The notes: a model not told the origin generated them from the letters alone. A stretch of DNA of 27,845 nucleotides from a virus (IMGVR_UViG_2802429221_000019:1-27845); one strand, 5' to 3'; numbered from the stretch's first letter, positions 8,456 to 18,504 are shown. Numbers and translations are program-made.

Positions 8456-8950
8456 ATGGCCATGATGATGATCTACGGCATGTTTGTTTTTGAGTTGCGC
8501 ACATTGCCGCATCAGCAGTTACAGCAAAATAAAAGCTGGCGACATGTGAAAAATGAACGCGTTAACCGTTCAGCAAGCTGGCAGTATATCGGGGCAGGCG
8601 ATGATCGTATTGTTCTTTCTGGTGTGCTTTATCCTGAAATTACAGGTGGCGAAGTGTCGCTGTCGCTGCTGACCACGCAGGCGTATACAGGACGCCCCTG
8701 GCCTCTTATTGATGGCGTCGGGCAGATTTACGGCATGTATGTCCTGACCGAAACGAATACGACCCGTTCCGAGTTTGATCGCTACGGTAAGGCGAAAAAG
8801 ATAGAATTTTCACTGACCCTTGAACGCTGTGATGAGGATTTGCGGGAGCGCCTGCAATCCTCATCGTTCAGCGATATGCTGTCCGGCTTCAAAGATAAGG
8901 TCACATCATCTCTTAACAGCGCGGCCAGCTCCGTTAAAGGGTTGTTTTGA
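8456..8950 (+). CDS. U: tail protein U
   Basis: 164 aa; SD GAGGAG upstream; P2 gpU-like (MxxxGxFVF...LPxQxLQQ..SWRH). Confidence 0.82.
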   Translation: MAMMMIYGMFVFELRTLPHQQLQQNKSWRHVKNERVNRSASWQYIGAGDDRIVLSGVLYPEITGGEVSLSLLTTQAYTGRPWPLIDGVGQIYGMYVLTETNTTRSEFDRYGKAKKIEFSLTLERCDEDLRERLQSSSFSDMLSGFKDKVTSSLNSAASSVKGLF

Positions 8951-8958
8951 CTTAATAC

Positions 8959-8988
8959 AAAACCGCTAATAAACATATTGGCGGTTTT
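8959..8988. terminator. bidirectional hairpin terminator between convergent U and G
   Basis: AAAACCGC ... GCGGTTTT inverted repeat with an inner AATA/TATT helix; A/T runs on both sides. Confidence 0.45.
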
Positions 8989-9009
8989 GTTCCTTAAATC
9001 ATCTTGCCT

Positions 9010-9585
9010 TTACACTAATTCTGGCCATTCGATATCAGGGGCATTTTCCGGCTGAACACGGTTAAGCAATACCCGGTATTTTTTCCATTTTGTCAGACTT
9101 AATTTTTCTTCTTCTGTAGCTATATCCAAATCGACAGCATCCTGCAGCGTGGCAATAATTTCACCTGCATATGCAATCAGCTCTTTCTTCTGAGACTCCG
9201 CCGCTCTGACAAGCGCATCACGTTCTGCATTCTCATCATTCACCCACGCATTTCCGTCCCATTTCTGATAATCCCCCTCCGGGGAAATAGCTGTCACGTC
9301 TGGAGGTAATACGCCAAGTTCAGAAATATAAATGGCTGCTCCTGTTTTCGTTTCGTAGACGGTCTTTCCGCGATGGTCTTCCATCAGTTCCCATTTCATT
9401 TCATCTGCATTGAAAACGGCTGCATAACCAGCAGGAATATCAGGTGGTGCAATATCTGTACTGTTTGCAGGCAGGCCAGTATACGGCGGAATATATGCAT
9501 CACTTTCGCCAATAAACTCATTGGTTCCATTAAGTAAATTGAAAACGCGGATAGTTTGTGCTTCTGCACTCATTCTGAAAGCCAT
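9010..9585 (-). CDS. G: tail fiber assembly protein
   Basis: 191 aa, immediately downstream of tail fiber gene with overlapping stop/start (TAATG); typical Tfa sequence. Confidence 0.8.
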   Translation of the reverse strand: MAFRMSAEAQTIRVFNLLNGTNEFIGESDAYIPPYTGLPANSTDIAPPDIPAGYAAVFNADEMKWELMEDHRGKTVYETKTGAAIYISELGVLPPDVTAISPEGDYQKWDGNAWVNDENAERDALVRAAESQKKELIAYAGEIIATLQDAVDLDIATEEEKLSLTKWKKYRVLLNRVQPENAPDIEWPELV

Positions 9586-12200
9586 TATGCAAGCCTCACA
9601 ATATAGTTAAATGCGATGTTTTTGACGGTGTTTTCGGTATTACCCGTAGCATTTACCGTGATGGTGTGCCCGTGCGCACCTAATGCTACAGTGTGTGCAT
9701 GGGCACCAATACCTACAGTGTGGTTATGCTGACCAATATCCACCGTATGGGCGTGCGCTCCGGCTGTGCTGGACACCTGATTGTTTCCTGAAGCCTGTAC
9801 ACGCTGTTTTCCACCGACAGAGTCGCCGCCATAAACACCACCGACAGTGTGCGTATGATTGCCCGTATTGTTCGTTGATTTTGTGCCATGGTTAAACGTA
9901 CTGACTGTCTTCGTGCCGTAATCAAATGAACTGGTCGTTTTCGTCCCTAAATCCGTATTTGACGCACTGGCGCTGTGAGTATGCGATTTAATCCCGTCCT
10001 GTTCCTGTGACAATACAGCACGTCCACTGGCGGGTTTGCCCTTGATTGTCCAGCCGCGCATATCTGGAATAACACCAGAAGGATAGGCAATAGCCAGTTT
10101 AGGATATGCTGCCTTATCAAACGTCTGCCCCTGCATAATTGCATAGCCTGCAGGTGGTGTATCTGATGGCCACGGCAGCGGAACACCTGGCGGAAACGCT
10201 TCAATATTTGCCGAGCCGTCAAATTTTACGCCGTTAATTGTCCTTGCCGTTTTCAGCTTTGTTGCTGTAGCCGCATTGCCGGACAGTTCGCCTGAAAGAC
10301 CACCGCTGAATGTCTGTTTCGCCGCCCATGTCTGAGCTTCGTCAATAATTGGCACACGTCTTGTCGTGATCGTGCGGCTTCCCGGATTTCCTGAAATACG
10401 CACCATAAAAAAGCGGTAGTTCGCTTTACTTACAGTGCTGCGCCATACATGCATTGAGCGCCCCGTACCGGAATCATCACTCGGACCAACTGCGATGTTT
10501 ATCAGGTTGCCATCAATGACGCCCCAGTCCATACCGTCGGGAATGTTGGTCATGTTATCAAGCCGAACGGTTATCAGACTGCCCGGCACAAAGTCGTAGG
10601 TCTGCCAGTCCAGGCTGGTGAGCTTTGCCACAGCACCGCCGATACCCAGATTCAGGGGAAGTGAATACGAGGTGTAGACTTCCCGCCATTCGCTCCACGA
10701 ACTGCCGGTATAGACGCGCTCAAACGTGCGACCTTTCGTTGTCGTTCCTGTCCCTGTAGTGGTATAGCGTTGCAATACGGCAACGTAATCAAAACGTCTG
10801 ATAACCTCTAACACCCCTATTAGTGTTGCACCAGATGGATCCAGCAATGGACCATTGGTCGCTTTACCCGTCACACTGTAAATACCAGGGTCGGTTAGAT
10901 CATTCAAATCACCGTCATAAAAGCTGCTTGCAGTCTGGCTGCCGATTCTTAGCCATGGTTCCCACTGCGGATTTGATGCATCCCAGTTTGCAGCAAGGCA
11001 GCGGACATACATGTTCCCACGGCGAGTGGTATAACGCTGGGTATAACTGAATCCACCGCCTTTCAGAACTTCAAGCACCCCCTGCGCGTAACTACCAGCT
11101 TCGGGATAGTGCAACGCAAGAGAAGCTAACGTACTGGAACTATTTCTCCATGTACCCAGATTATCCTCTCCGGCCAGAAAATCGAGATCCATGCTATCAT
11201 CCAGCGTTCTGGCCGTCCCCTGAACGTTACGCCATACGCTCCACGGACCATCTTTGCCGTTCCATTTAGCCGTCAGGTGGCGAATATAAGTATTTCCATT
11301 GCGAACGGTGTAACGCTGTGTTCCGTTAAAATTTCCTGCTGCAAATACTTCCAGGACACCAACGGCATTCTCTTCCGGGAAGTGTTTGGCTATCTGTGCA
11401 TTAGTCGAAGTGCCTTTTGACCATGTACCCAGATAAGCTTTAACGGGACCAAATGTATTCAGATCAGCATCAACCGGCATTTCGCCATTGTTTTTCATAA
11501 ACGTCAGGCTGGTAACGCCAACATTGTCCAGAAAAGCGCCCTTATCTGGAATATCGTCACCGTTCTGGTCTTTCTGCAGACGTTTCTCAGCATTGTCATA
11601 GGCTGCTTTTACTGCCTTTGGCGTTGCCGCCAGCTTTTCACTGGTGCTGTTTGTTGCACTGCTTAACTGGGTAAAACCTTTTTCTGTCAGCGTGGCGTCA
11701 GGATGGCGGCGGGACTGCTCATGCTCTGCGATTTTGTCATCGACGTAATCCTGCGTCGCCATCACTGTGCTGGCATCAATACTCAGCTCAACGGATGCCA
11801 CGTTACTGACAATAATGACCATGCGGCAGGTCTGCGCACGTCCGGAGCCTTCAGCCAGTTCAGGCTTATAGCTTTCTGCCATGTTGGCGACCGCAATCAG
11901 TGTTCCGGCATCGTCATACAGACCAAGTTCACGCATCCAGAAGCCGCCCACTTCTGGCGGAACAACCAGTTCAGCCACGATATAGTTTTTATTCTTATTA
12001 TCCACGCTGACTTTATTCAGGGCATGACGCCAGACCTCATGCACCAGCTTCGTCTGACCGGCATCCGGCACCGGCAATTTGCCATTACCGTCACCCACGG
12101 CCATTGCAGACAGGTTTACTTTTTTCCCGCCGGGAACGGTGGCGGCTGCCAGCTTCGCGGCTCCGGCAGTAGTGATAACGGTTTTAAATTTCGTGCTCAT
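9585..12200 (-). CDS. H: tail fiber protein with C-terminal His-x-His repeat receptor-binding region
   Basis: 871 aa; N-terminus [20 protein letters not shown] typical of P2 gpH; C-terminus carries repeated HTV/GAHAHTV motifs. Confidence 0.85.
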   Translation of the reverse strand: MSTKFKTVITTAGAAKLAAATVPGGKKVNLSAMAVGDGNGKLPVPDAGQTKLVHEVWRHALNKVSVDNKNKNYIVAELVVPPEVGGFWMRELGLYDDAGTLIAVANMAESYKPELAEGSGRAQTCRMVIIVSNVASVELSIDASTVMATQDYVDDKIAEHEQSRRHPDATLTEKGFTQLSSATNSTSEKLAATPKAVKAAYDNAEKRLQKDQNGDDIPDKGAFLDNVGVTSLTFMKNNGEMPVDADLNTFGPVKAYLGTWSKGTSTNAQIAKHFPEENAVGVLEVFAAGNFNGTQRYTVRNGNTYIRHLTAKWNGKDGPWSVWRNVQGTARTLDDSMDLDFLAGEDNLGTWRNSSSTLASLALHYPEAGSYAQGVLEVLKGGGFSYTQRYTTRRGNMYVRCLAANWDASNPQWEPWLRIGSQTASSFYDGDLNDLTDPGIYSVTGKATNGPLLDPSGATLIGVLEVIRRFDYVAVLQRYTTTGTGTTTKGRTFERVYTGSSWSEWREVYTSYSLPLNLGIGGAVAKLTSLDWQTYDFVPGSLITVRLDNMTNIPDGMDWGVIDGNLINIAVGPSDDSGTGRSMHVWRSTVSKANYRFFMVRISGNPGSRTITTRRVPIIDEAQTWAAKQTFSGGLSGELSGNAATATKLKTARTINGVKFDGSANIEAFPPGVPLPWPSDTPPAGYAIMQGQTFDKAAYPKLAIAYPSGVIPDMRGWTIKGKPASGRAVLSQEQDGIKSHTHSASASNTDLGTKTTSSFDYGTKTVSTFNHGTKSTNNTGNHTHTVGGVYGGDSVGGKQRVQASGNNQVSSTAGAHAHTVDIGQHNHTVGIGAHAHTVALGAHGHTITVNATGNTENTVKNIAFNYIVRLA

Positions 12201-12210
12201 TGTTTCTCAC

Positions 12211-12738
12211 TTATCCGGGATAAACAGTAATAACATCACCATCACAGACCACACCGCCTGTATACAGATAGCCGGGAATGTCCTGGATAATGTTCAGACC
12301 GATAAGGTGGCGACTTGCGGGTTTGGCATCGGCAATCAGCCGTTCCATTTCCAGATACATTTCCTCGGTCACACCACTGTCCAGCGTGCCAACATCAACC
12401 TTGAATGTTCCGGGTTCGCCGTCGAACTCCCACCACTCAGACACGCGAATGAGGTATCCCAGCGGTTCAATGGCTCGTCGCAGGGCGCTGATGGTTCCTT
12501 TGTGTCGGTGTATCAGCCATGCATCACGAATCACCTGTCGCTTTGTCTCTTCCGGCCAGTTGCGATCCCAGCGGTCAACGGAAAACGCCCAGGCGAGATA
12601 AGGCAGCAGATGTACCGGGCAGGTGTCCGGCGACCACAGCGTGTTGAGGTCTACCGGAATGTCTGTAATGCGTGTCCCGACGGCTTCGGCACAACGCATG
12701 AAATTGCTGGCTGATGGCGGTAACAGTGAATTACTCAT
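12211..12738 (-). CDS. I: baseplate assembly protein I
   Basis: ORF-track frame 12211..12771; start chosen at ATG 12738 (MSNSLLPP...), 4 nt after the J stop. Confidence 0.8.
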   Translation of the reverse strand: MSNSLLPPSASNFMRCAEAVGTRITDIPVDLNTLWSPDTCPVHLLPYLAWAFSVDRWDRNWPEETKRQVIRDAWLIHRHKGTISALRRAIEPLGYLIRVSEWWEFDGEPGTFKVDVGTLDSGVTEEMYLEMERLIADAKPASRHLIGLNIIQDIPGYLYTGGVVCDGDVITVYPG

Positions 12739-13627
12739 TACGCCCACCTTCGCTGATGGTGAATGACTCACAGCGCGCCGCCTGTATGTCGCTGATGGCC
12801 ATATTCTGTGTGGGTTCGATTATCTCCACGCGTTGCACACCGTGCACATGCAGTGCGGCAGCAATGGCGGACAACGCCACATCCTGACCGATAAGCCCCT
12901 GCTCAGCCAGCCACTTCCTGAACGACGATTCAGCCGCAGCCAGAATAGGTTCGGATTCCGGGCCGGGGTAGAAGTACAGTTTTGCATTCAGCCGCCATGT
13001 CACGATTCTGGCGCTCTGTACGGTCAGGCGGTCGGCCACCGGGCGGGTATCCTCTGCATTCAGAACGGCGCGAACGGTATTAAGCAACGCCTCCGTTGCT
13101 GTGCCGTCGCCCTCAGTGGACAGAATGGAAACCGTCACGTTGGCCGGAGACGGGCTGATGGCCCGCGCGTCGCGTACCAGACCGCTGGCGCTGCGTGCAA
13201 AATACTCGTATGCACCTGACGGGCCAGCAACACTCAGACCGTCATACGCCCGTTGCGCCCGCAGTCTCAGCGAGGTGTCACTTTCCATCACCGCGTCGGT
13301 GGTATCCGTTGCCGGAGTGATAACCAGGCGCTTTGTGTTCATATTGCCCGCGAGGTTGTCCAGGTCTGTCCCGGCGCTGTGGCTTAGCATGCAGGCGCGT
13401 GCACCCTCATTGACCCGCTGGCGTAACAGCATTTCACGAAACGCTGTTGTCTGGGCGATAACGTTCAGGGGCTCCGATTCCAGCTCCAGCGCGGCGGAGA
13501 CGGCTTCACGCTGTTCGGCGGGATAAGCCGCAATCATCATGGCCTTTGTATCAGCCAGAATTGCCTCAAAATCAGGCTCCGCGATGATGGCGGGTTCCGG
13601 TAACTGGGAAAGGTCAACGGCAGGCAT
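12731..13627 (-). CDS. J: baseplate assembly protein J
   Basis: 298 aa; SD GAGGGAG upstream; P2 gpJ-like. Confidence 0.85.
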   Translation of the reverse strand: MPAVDLSQLPEPAIIAEPDFEAILADTKAMMIAAYPAEQREAVSAALELESEPLNVIAQTTAFREMLLRQRVNEGARACMLSHSAGTDLDNLAGNMNTKRLVITPATDTTDAVMESDTSLRLRAQRAYDGLSVAGPSGAYEYFARSASGLVRDARAISPSPANVTVSILSTEGDGTATEALLNTVRAVLNAEDTRPVADRLTVQSARIVTWRLNAKLYFYPGPESEPILAAAESSFRKWLAEQGLIGQDVALSAIAAALHVHGVQRVEIIEPTQNMAISDIQAARCESFTISEGGRNE

Positions 13628-13629
13628 GA

Positions 13630-13980
13630 TTACTCCCTCAGCGTGATGGTTAATTCAACATTTTGCATGGTCTGCATGACAGTGCCCGACAACGTCACCC
13701 CGGCGCGGCCTCCCGCTTTCCAGACAACGTCGATGGCATCCAGGGCAATGCGGGGTTCCCATCGTGTCAGCGCAATCACGGCAGCACTCATGCATTGCAG
13801 ACGCGTGGTGTTATTCATGGGTTCGTCAATCAAATCAGGCACAAGGCTGCCATATTCCCGTCGCATAACCCGGCTTGCCAGCGGGGTGGTCAGGATGTCC
13901 CTGACTGACTGTTTCAGGTGCTCCATATCGTTCAGGTTTCCCGTCCCGTCCGGATTCATTCCTGTGTAGCGGGTTGTCAC
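13630..13980 (-). CDS. W: baseplate protein W
   Basis: 116 aa; GTG start with SD AGGAGG 6 nt upstream; MTTRYTGMN resembles the P2 gpW N-terminus. Confidence 0.8.
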   Translation of the reverse strand: MTTRYTGMNPDGTGNLNDMEHLKQSVRDILTTPLASRVMRREYGSLVPDLIDEPMNNTTRLQCMSAAVIALTRWEPRIALDAIDVVWKAGGRAGVTLSGTVMQTMQNVELTITLRE

Positions 13981-14558
13981 TGCGGGCCTCCTGTCGAATC
14001 GCTGCCGCCTTTCACGCCACCGTGTGTATGCGTATGCACGGTAATGCCGTTTGAGGTGAAGCTGCCGCCGCTGTGCGTGATATTGCCGCTCATCTTTCCC
14101 CCTTTTGTGACGTCAAGCGTCGCTGTTCTCAGAAGGTTTGTGCATTCCACGACGGGCGTATCCAGTGTCACGCTGACGGATGCCTGCAGGGTGGCTGTTT
14201 TCATGCCGCTGGCGCTCAGTGCGCCTGCGTCCGCGTCGTAGCGGAACACCGCGCCGTCCGGCGCGCTGATCACGATTTCTTTCAGGCTTTTGCCGGGGGC
14301 CGGATTGGCATCACTCCACAGGCTGCCAATTATCATGGCGGTTTCCGGGTTGCCGCCAATGCAGGCAATTACCACCTGTTCGCCTGGTGATGGCGGCAGC
14401 CACACATTGAAGGCTCCCGCGCGCGTGGTGTTCCAGCGCAGCCAGCCTGTTTCCAGTTCGCCGCTGCGAACGCGCACGCGCCAGGACTTCTCATCAACTT
14501 CAGAGATGATCCCGGTGCGGATGATATTGCTCAGCAGTCGCATGAGTTCTGCGCTCAC
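13977..14558 (-). CDS. V: baseplate spike/assembly protein V
   Basis: 193 aa; GTG start overlapping the S stop, SD GGAGG upstream; P2 gpV-like. Confidence 0.8.
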   Translation of the reverse strand: MSAELMRLLSNIIRTGIISEVDEKSWRVRVRSGELETGWLRWNTTRAGAFNVWLPPSPGEQVVIACIGGNPETAMIIGSLWSDANPAPGKSLKEIVISAPDGAVFRYDADAGALSASGMKTATLQASVSVTLDTPVVECTNLLRTATLDVTKGGKMSGNITHSGGSFTSNGITVHTHTHGGVKGGSDSTGGPQ

Positions 14559-15190
14559 CGTACAGCCTCCGCAATCCGGCCCAGCACCGTGTTATAAATC
14601 AGGCGTTCATCTGCCTGACTGATACCCAGCAGCTCACGTACCGGGTAATCGGTGAAAATGCCCGGCGCAACCTGATCGCGCTCGCCGAACTGATGAACGC
14701 GTGCAATACGTGCGGCCACGCCGCTGTAACCCACCGTCACACCGGAGGCATCCGCGCGGGCTTTCAGGTAACGGGTGGTGCGCAGTTTCACGAACATGGG
14801 GACGTGCTTTGTGCTGTCCTGGTTGATACGCCGGGTGCGTATTTCCAGAAAACGGTCGATGTCATCCCGGTAAAACGTGCGGATATTGTTTTTATCCTCA
14901 TCCCACCCGGTAATGGTTCGCCCGTATTTCCCCGTGTCGTGATGCCAGTTTTTCAGCGTGCGTGTTTCGTTATTCCAGATAAAGCGAATGCGCTCCTGTA
15001 TCCGGGTTACGCGGCGTCTGCGTGGTGTCCACGCGGTCCCGTCCGGCGCTTTCTGTGACCGGATACGCGCCTGCTGGGCGCGGCGTAAATCCTGTGCCAG
15101 CTTTCTGGCGATGTTATTGATGGCCTGCTGATTCAGGCTGTCGCGGATGGCCTCAAAGGTTTCATCCACGCGGATGAATGCCTTATCCAT
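14555..15190 (-). CDS. S: tail completion / virion morphogenesis protein (S-like, extended)
   Basis: 211 aa in the position of P2 S between R and V; longer than the roughly 150 aa I recall for P2 gpS; assignment mainly by synteny. Confidence 0.55.
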   Translation of the reverse strand: MDKAFIRVDETFEAIRDSLNQQAINNIARKLAQDLRRAQQARIRSQKAPDGTAWTPRRRRVTRIQERIRFIWNNETRTLKNWHHDTGKYGRTITGWDEDKNNIRTFYRDDIDRFLEIRTRRINQDSTKHVPMFVKLRTTRYLKARADASGVTVGYSGVAARIARVHQFGERDQVAPGIFTDYPVRELLGISQADERLIYNTVLGRIAEAVR

Positions 15191-15650
15191 CGCTTTCCCC
15201 CCACGTCACATCCTGGAATACATGCGACCAGTCGCCTTCGGAAGATGGCAGGCGGGGTTTTGGCTCCGGAAGGTGTTCTGCCTGCAGTGTGCCCTGACTG
15301 CTGCGCGTGATGCGAACACGTTCCCGCAGGGGAAGCATAAACAGGAGATCGGCGCTGTCATCGTCATTAATAACGGCAGAGAATTTGATGTCCTGATTAC
15401 GCTCCGGATTGAGCAACAACTGTGGCTGATTTTCTGATAACCACGCCAGTAACGGCAGCGTGAGGTCGTCCAGCTCCCCGGCGTAATCCATGACAAACAT
15501 CACCATCTGATAGCGGTAAACAAACGAGGGCGTTTCTCCGGTCGTTTCAATGTTGCCGCTCTCCACGAAAATGGTGAATTTTTCCGGGTTGGCCTGACAC
15601 CATCGGCATGAACGGGTCATGGCTTCACGCAGGGAATCAGTTTTCAGCAT
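15183..15650 (-). CDS. R: tail completion protein R
   Basis: 155 aa, same size as P2 gpR; MLK.DSLR...ENQP motifs. Confidence 0.75.
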   Translation of the reverse strand: MLKTDSLREAMTRSCRWCQANPEKFTIFVESGNIETTGETPSFVYRYQMVMFVMDYAGELDDLTLPLLAWLSENQPQLLLNPERNQDIKFSAVINDDDSADLLFMLPLRERVRITRSSQGTLQAEHLPEPKPRLPSSEGDWSHVFQDVTWGESDG

Positions 15651-15927
15651 GGTTGTTGTCCTCGTTGTTCAGTCGTTGCAGCCTGCGCTGTTCCAGTAAT
15701 TCAATGGCCCGTTTATCTGCGTTACAGGTTTCCAGTGCATCCAGAAGGTGGTCGCCCCATATCCCGAGGTTTCCCCATGTGGGAGCATCAGGGAAGGGGG
15801 GCGGCGTTACCGGTATGGTCAGCGTCTGCGGTATAAGCCGGACTGACGGCGCTGGCCGTGGCGCGTTCTGCGTGCCTGCGCAACCTGTCAGTAAAACGAG
15901 CGTCAGGCAAAGCGTGGGCGCATTCAT
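15637..15927 (-). CDS. lysC: o-spanin (Rz1-like outer-membrane lipoprotein, LysC-type), overlapping lysB in another frame
   Basis: start at ATG 15927 gives MNAPTLCLTLVLLTGC with lipobox LLTGC; Pro-rich mature part; begins inside lysB and extends into R, as in the P2 lysB/lysC architecture. Confidence 0.6.
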   Translation of the reverse strand: MNAPTLCLTLVLLTGCAGTQNAPRPAPSVRLIPQTLTIPVTPPPFPDAPTWGNLGIWGDHLLDALETCNADKRAIELLEQRRLQRLNNEDNNHAEN

Positions 15928-16195
15928 CTTTTGCAATATCGTTGCGTAGCTGTTCACGTCTGGCCTCTCCGTCCTGATTGCGTTGCTGATTTTCCGCGCG
16001 GAGTTGTGCCAGCACCTGCTGCATATCCTGTACTCCGGCGCTGATGATATTCAGTGTGTCGACGGTACTTTTCAGGGTGCTGGCCTGCGCTTCGTTTCTG
16101 GCGTTCTCCCGGCCCAGCGACCACGACAGACGCATGGATGTTCCCCATGCGGCAATCAGAAGGAAAGCGACACCCAGCGTGGGCCAGAGCTTCAT
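15788..16195 (-). CDS. lysB: i-spanin (Rz-like, LysB-type)
   Basis: start at ATG 16195 (MKLWPTLGVAFLLIAAW N-terminal TM helix) overlaps the endolysin stop (ATGA); coiled-coil-rich periplasmic part. Confidence 0.6.
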   Translation of the reverse strand: MKLWPTLGVAFLLIAAWGTSMRLSWSLGRENARNEAQASTLKSTVDTLNIISAGVQDMQQVLAQLRAENQQRNQDGEARREQLRNDIAKDECAHALPDARFTDRLRRHAERATASAVSPAYTADADHTGNAAPLP

Positions 16196-16584
16196 GCCGG
16201 ATAGGCTCCGTGTGGTAACTGAAAATGCGGTCCGTCTTTCAGGGTCTTCCAGTCGCCGCCCCATTCCACCGGAATATTCAGCTCCCGGCTGGCCTGTCTG
16301 AATGCTGCTGCGATTTTTTCGTACAGCGGCCATTCCCATGACACCTGGCTGCCGACATAAGCCACAACATCCACGGCATGCCCCGTAAGGTGGCGGCTGT
16401 TCATGGTCTGGCTCTTACCCGTGGCCACAAGTTGCTTCTGGCGGTAACGGCTACGCAATCCTTCGGTGATACCAAAATCCACTTCCGAGATTTCCAGTGC
16501 CCGTCGGGTCACTTTCACCAGATCAGGGTTTACGCCCTGCAAATTCTTTTCGCTCCGGCTGCTGAATTTAAATGTGTTGCTCAT
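16192..16584 (-). CDS. endolysin, peptidase M15-type (L-alanyl-D-glutamate / D-Ala-D-Ala peptidase-like)
   Basis: 130 aa with H..D...H zinc-peptidase-like residues; SD AAGGAG upstream; occupies the P2 K position but is not a P2-type lysozyme. Confidence 0.65.
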   Translation of the reverse strand: MSNTFKFSSRSEKNLQGVNPDLVKVTRRALEISEVDFGITEGLRSRYRQKQLVATGKSQTMNSRHLTGHAVDVVAYVGSQVSWEWPLYEKIAAAFRQASRELNIPVEWGGDWKTLKDGPHFQLPHGAYPA

Positions 16585-16904
16585 TCGTCCTTCTCCTTCA
16601 CCCTGCGATTAAAGGCCGCAATAACCTTGTCGCGTGCTTTCTCTGCGCCCATAAAACCGATTGATGCGCCGATAAACGTCACGGCATCTTCAGGAAAACC
16701 GAAGAAGCGCAACGACCCGGCCACGGCCATGGCAAGAACGCCGCACGCCAGCGATCCCGTTACGGTCTGAACCAGTGTTCGTCCGTCATAAAGACTCATC
16801 AGCGCGGAAATGCTGACCGCCGCGCCTACTGCATACACCGTTGGCAGGTGGTCAAAGATCCACGCAATAACCTGCTCTGTGATCCCTGTTTGAATGGTGC
16901 TCAC
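16581..16904 (-). CDS. holin (class I, three TMDs, charged C-terminus)
   Basis: GTG start at 16904 with SD GGGGGGAG upstream; three hydrophobic helices and C-terminal EKARDKVIAAFNRRVKEKDE; between X and endolysin as P2 Y. Confidence 0.65.
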   Translation of the reverse strand: MSTIQTGITEQVIAWIFDHLPTVYAVGAAVSISALMSLYDGRTLVQTVTGSLACGVLAMAVAGSLRFFGFPEDAVTFIGASIGFMGAEKARDKVIAAFNRRVKEKDE

Positions 16905-16906
16905 TG

Positions 16907-17107
16907 CTACTCCCCCCACAACTGAATCATTTCTCGTTTCTTCTTCTCCGGCTCCGGCATCTCCACTTCCTGCCCGGCGTCCAGAAATACCTGCTGACAG
17001 AGTCCGGGGTTGGCATCCAGCACCTTTTCGGTGACGCCCTGCGTCGTGCCGTAGTACCGGAAACAGAGCGAATCCACGGTGTCGCCTTCCAGTGCCTTCA
17101 CTTTCAT
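16907..17107 (-). CDS. X: tail protein X
   Basis: start at ATG 17107 overlapping the L stop (TGATG); 66 aa MKVKALEGDTVDSLCFRYYG... matches P2 gpX size and N-terminus. Confidence 0.75.
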   Translation of the reverse strand: MKVKALEGDTVDSLCFRYYGTTQGVTEKVLDANPGLCQQVFLDAGQEVEMPEPEKKKREMIQLWGE

Positions 17108-17601
17108 CAACACAACTCCGCAAAGATTCGCGGGCGGCACAGAATGTCAGAGATGGCCCAGCTCACATCGCGCCACAAATCCGATGTCTGTATATCCAGT
17201 GCGTCCGCCCGGCGGTCGCCCTTATCCGTGGTGTCCGCATCGCGGTAACGCTCCAGAATCAGGGCGCGTGTGGCGGTATAAACAGCATTGCGCCAGTGCC
17301 AGAGATTGACGCTTTCTCCGTTAATTACGGGTGCCGGAACATCGGCCAGCGTATGGTGGCCAGCCGCCTGCTGTTCCTGCTGCCATGCTTCCAGCTCGCG
17401 GGTAACGTGTGCCACAGCTCCGGTGGCGGTATGCAGCAGGCGGGAGGTGGTCACACGGCCCGGCAGTCGTACCGCCAGACGCAGCTCGCGCAGCACAATA
17501 TCCGGCCAGAATGCACCTGCTGAAATGCGAGTGTCGCCATCATCGGTATCGGTGATGTCGTCCTCTGCGGGTCTTGGTTCAGTTCTGGCAACCATACTCA
17601 T
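17107..17601 (-). CDS. L: head completion/stabilisation protein L
   Basis: start chosen at ATG 17601 (SD AGGAG 8 nt upstream) instead of GTG 17610; size and position as P2 gpL. Confidence 0.78.
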   Translation of the reverse strand: MSMVARTEPRPAEDDITDTDDGDTRISAGAFWPDIVLRELRLAVRLPGRVTTSRLLHTATGAVAHVTRELEAWQQEQQAAGHHTLADVPAPVINGESVNLWHWRNAVYTATRALILERYRDADTTDKGDRRADALDIQTSDLWRDVSWAISDILCRPRIFAELC

Positions 17602-17703
17602 GGGGTTCACTCCTGAAAAAAATCGGGCGGTGGGTGCGCGGTGTAAACGGTCACGGAGTCAAACCGGAACACCGTGCACGCCGCCCGCTGACGGGGTCAG
17701 TCG

Positions 17704-18504
17704 TTAACCGCGCTTCGCCTTCTGCGTCGCGGTGTTTTTTCGTGTTGCAGGCTTCCGCGTTGTCTTTTTACTTTTGCTGCTTTCGTCCTGCGCCTGCGGT
17801 GCGCTGGCGTCTTCTGGGTCGGCTGCGGAATCGGCTTTTTTCAGGGCGCGGGAAAGGGTTGCAATCTCGCGTTTCACACCTGCGTTCGGGTTCAGGTGCA
17901 TCGCTTCGCGCAGCAGCTTCAGTGACAGGGCCATGCTGTCCGCATCACTCAGGCCACGGCGGGCAAAGGCGCACGCCTTGCATAATTTGGCGCGCACTTC
18001 GTCCGGCATGTCCTGGTCGGTGACAATCTCCCGGAGGGTGTCCAGTGGTTCGATAAAGGCGGATAAATCCGCGTCGGCATCCGTTCCGGCCTGCGTCAGT
18101 ATTGGGTTGCAGATTTCCTCGGTCAGTACCGTGGCAGCAGTACGGCCAAAGTTATCCGGCATGATGAGGTTGTGACGAACCACATACGCACCAATACGCA
18201 ATGCCAGCGGAAGATCGCCGCAGTCAATCGCCCACACCATCAGCGTGGCAATCACTTCATCCTGCTGCCCGCCGTCAGCCTCCAGCGTTCCTTCAATCCA
18301 GCCGGAAAAGTCCGGCAACAACTCTTTTTTGATGGCGGCTCTGGCGCTTCTGGCCTGTACGCCCTTAAGCCGGGCCTGTGCCAGACGCAGACGATACAGC
18401 ACCTCTTCATGCGCGGTACGCGCGGCGTGATCCACGCCTTCATTCGCCCGGCCTGCGCGCTGCGCCATCACGTTCTGCCAGTGTTGCTGTGCAGGGGTAA
18501 TCAT
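17704..18504 (-). CDS. M: terminase small (endonuclease) subunit
   Basis: 266 aa, P2 gpM-like, basic C-terminal tail. Confidence 0.82.
   Translation of the reverse strand: MITPAQQHWQNVMAQRAGRANEGVDHAARTAHEEVLYRLRLAQARLKGVQARSARAAIKKELLPDFSGWIEGTLEADGGQQDEVIATLMVWAIDCGDLPLALRIGAYVVRHNLIMPDNFGRTAATVLTEEICNPILTQAGTDADADLSAFIEPLDTLREIVTDQDMPDEVRAKLCKACAFARRGLSDADSMALSLKLLREAMHLNPNAGVKREIATLSRALKKADSAADPEDASAPQAQDESSKSKKTTRKPATRKNTATQKAKRG

Noticed and set aside
6057-8465. Antisense and alternate-frame ORFs inside the tape-measure gene (e.g. 6427..6825, 6859..7500, 7147..7566, 7776..8465)
   Set aside because: Typical GC-rich spurious ORFs, Ala/Ser/Arg-rich, nested in a well-supported gene.
11703-12714. 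Plus-strand ORFs 11703..12230 and 12079..12714
   Set aside because: Antisense to the tail fiber H and baseplate I genes; no start-site support.
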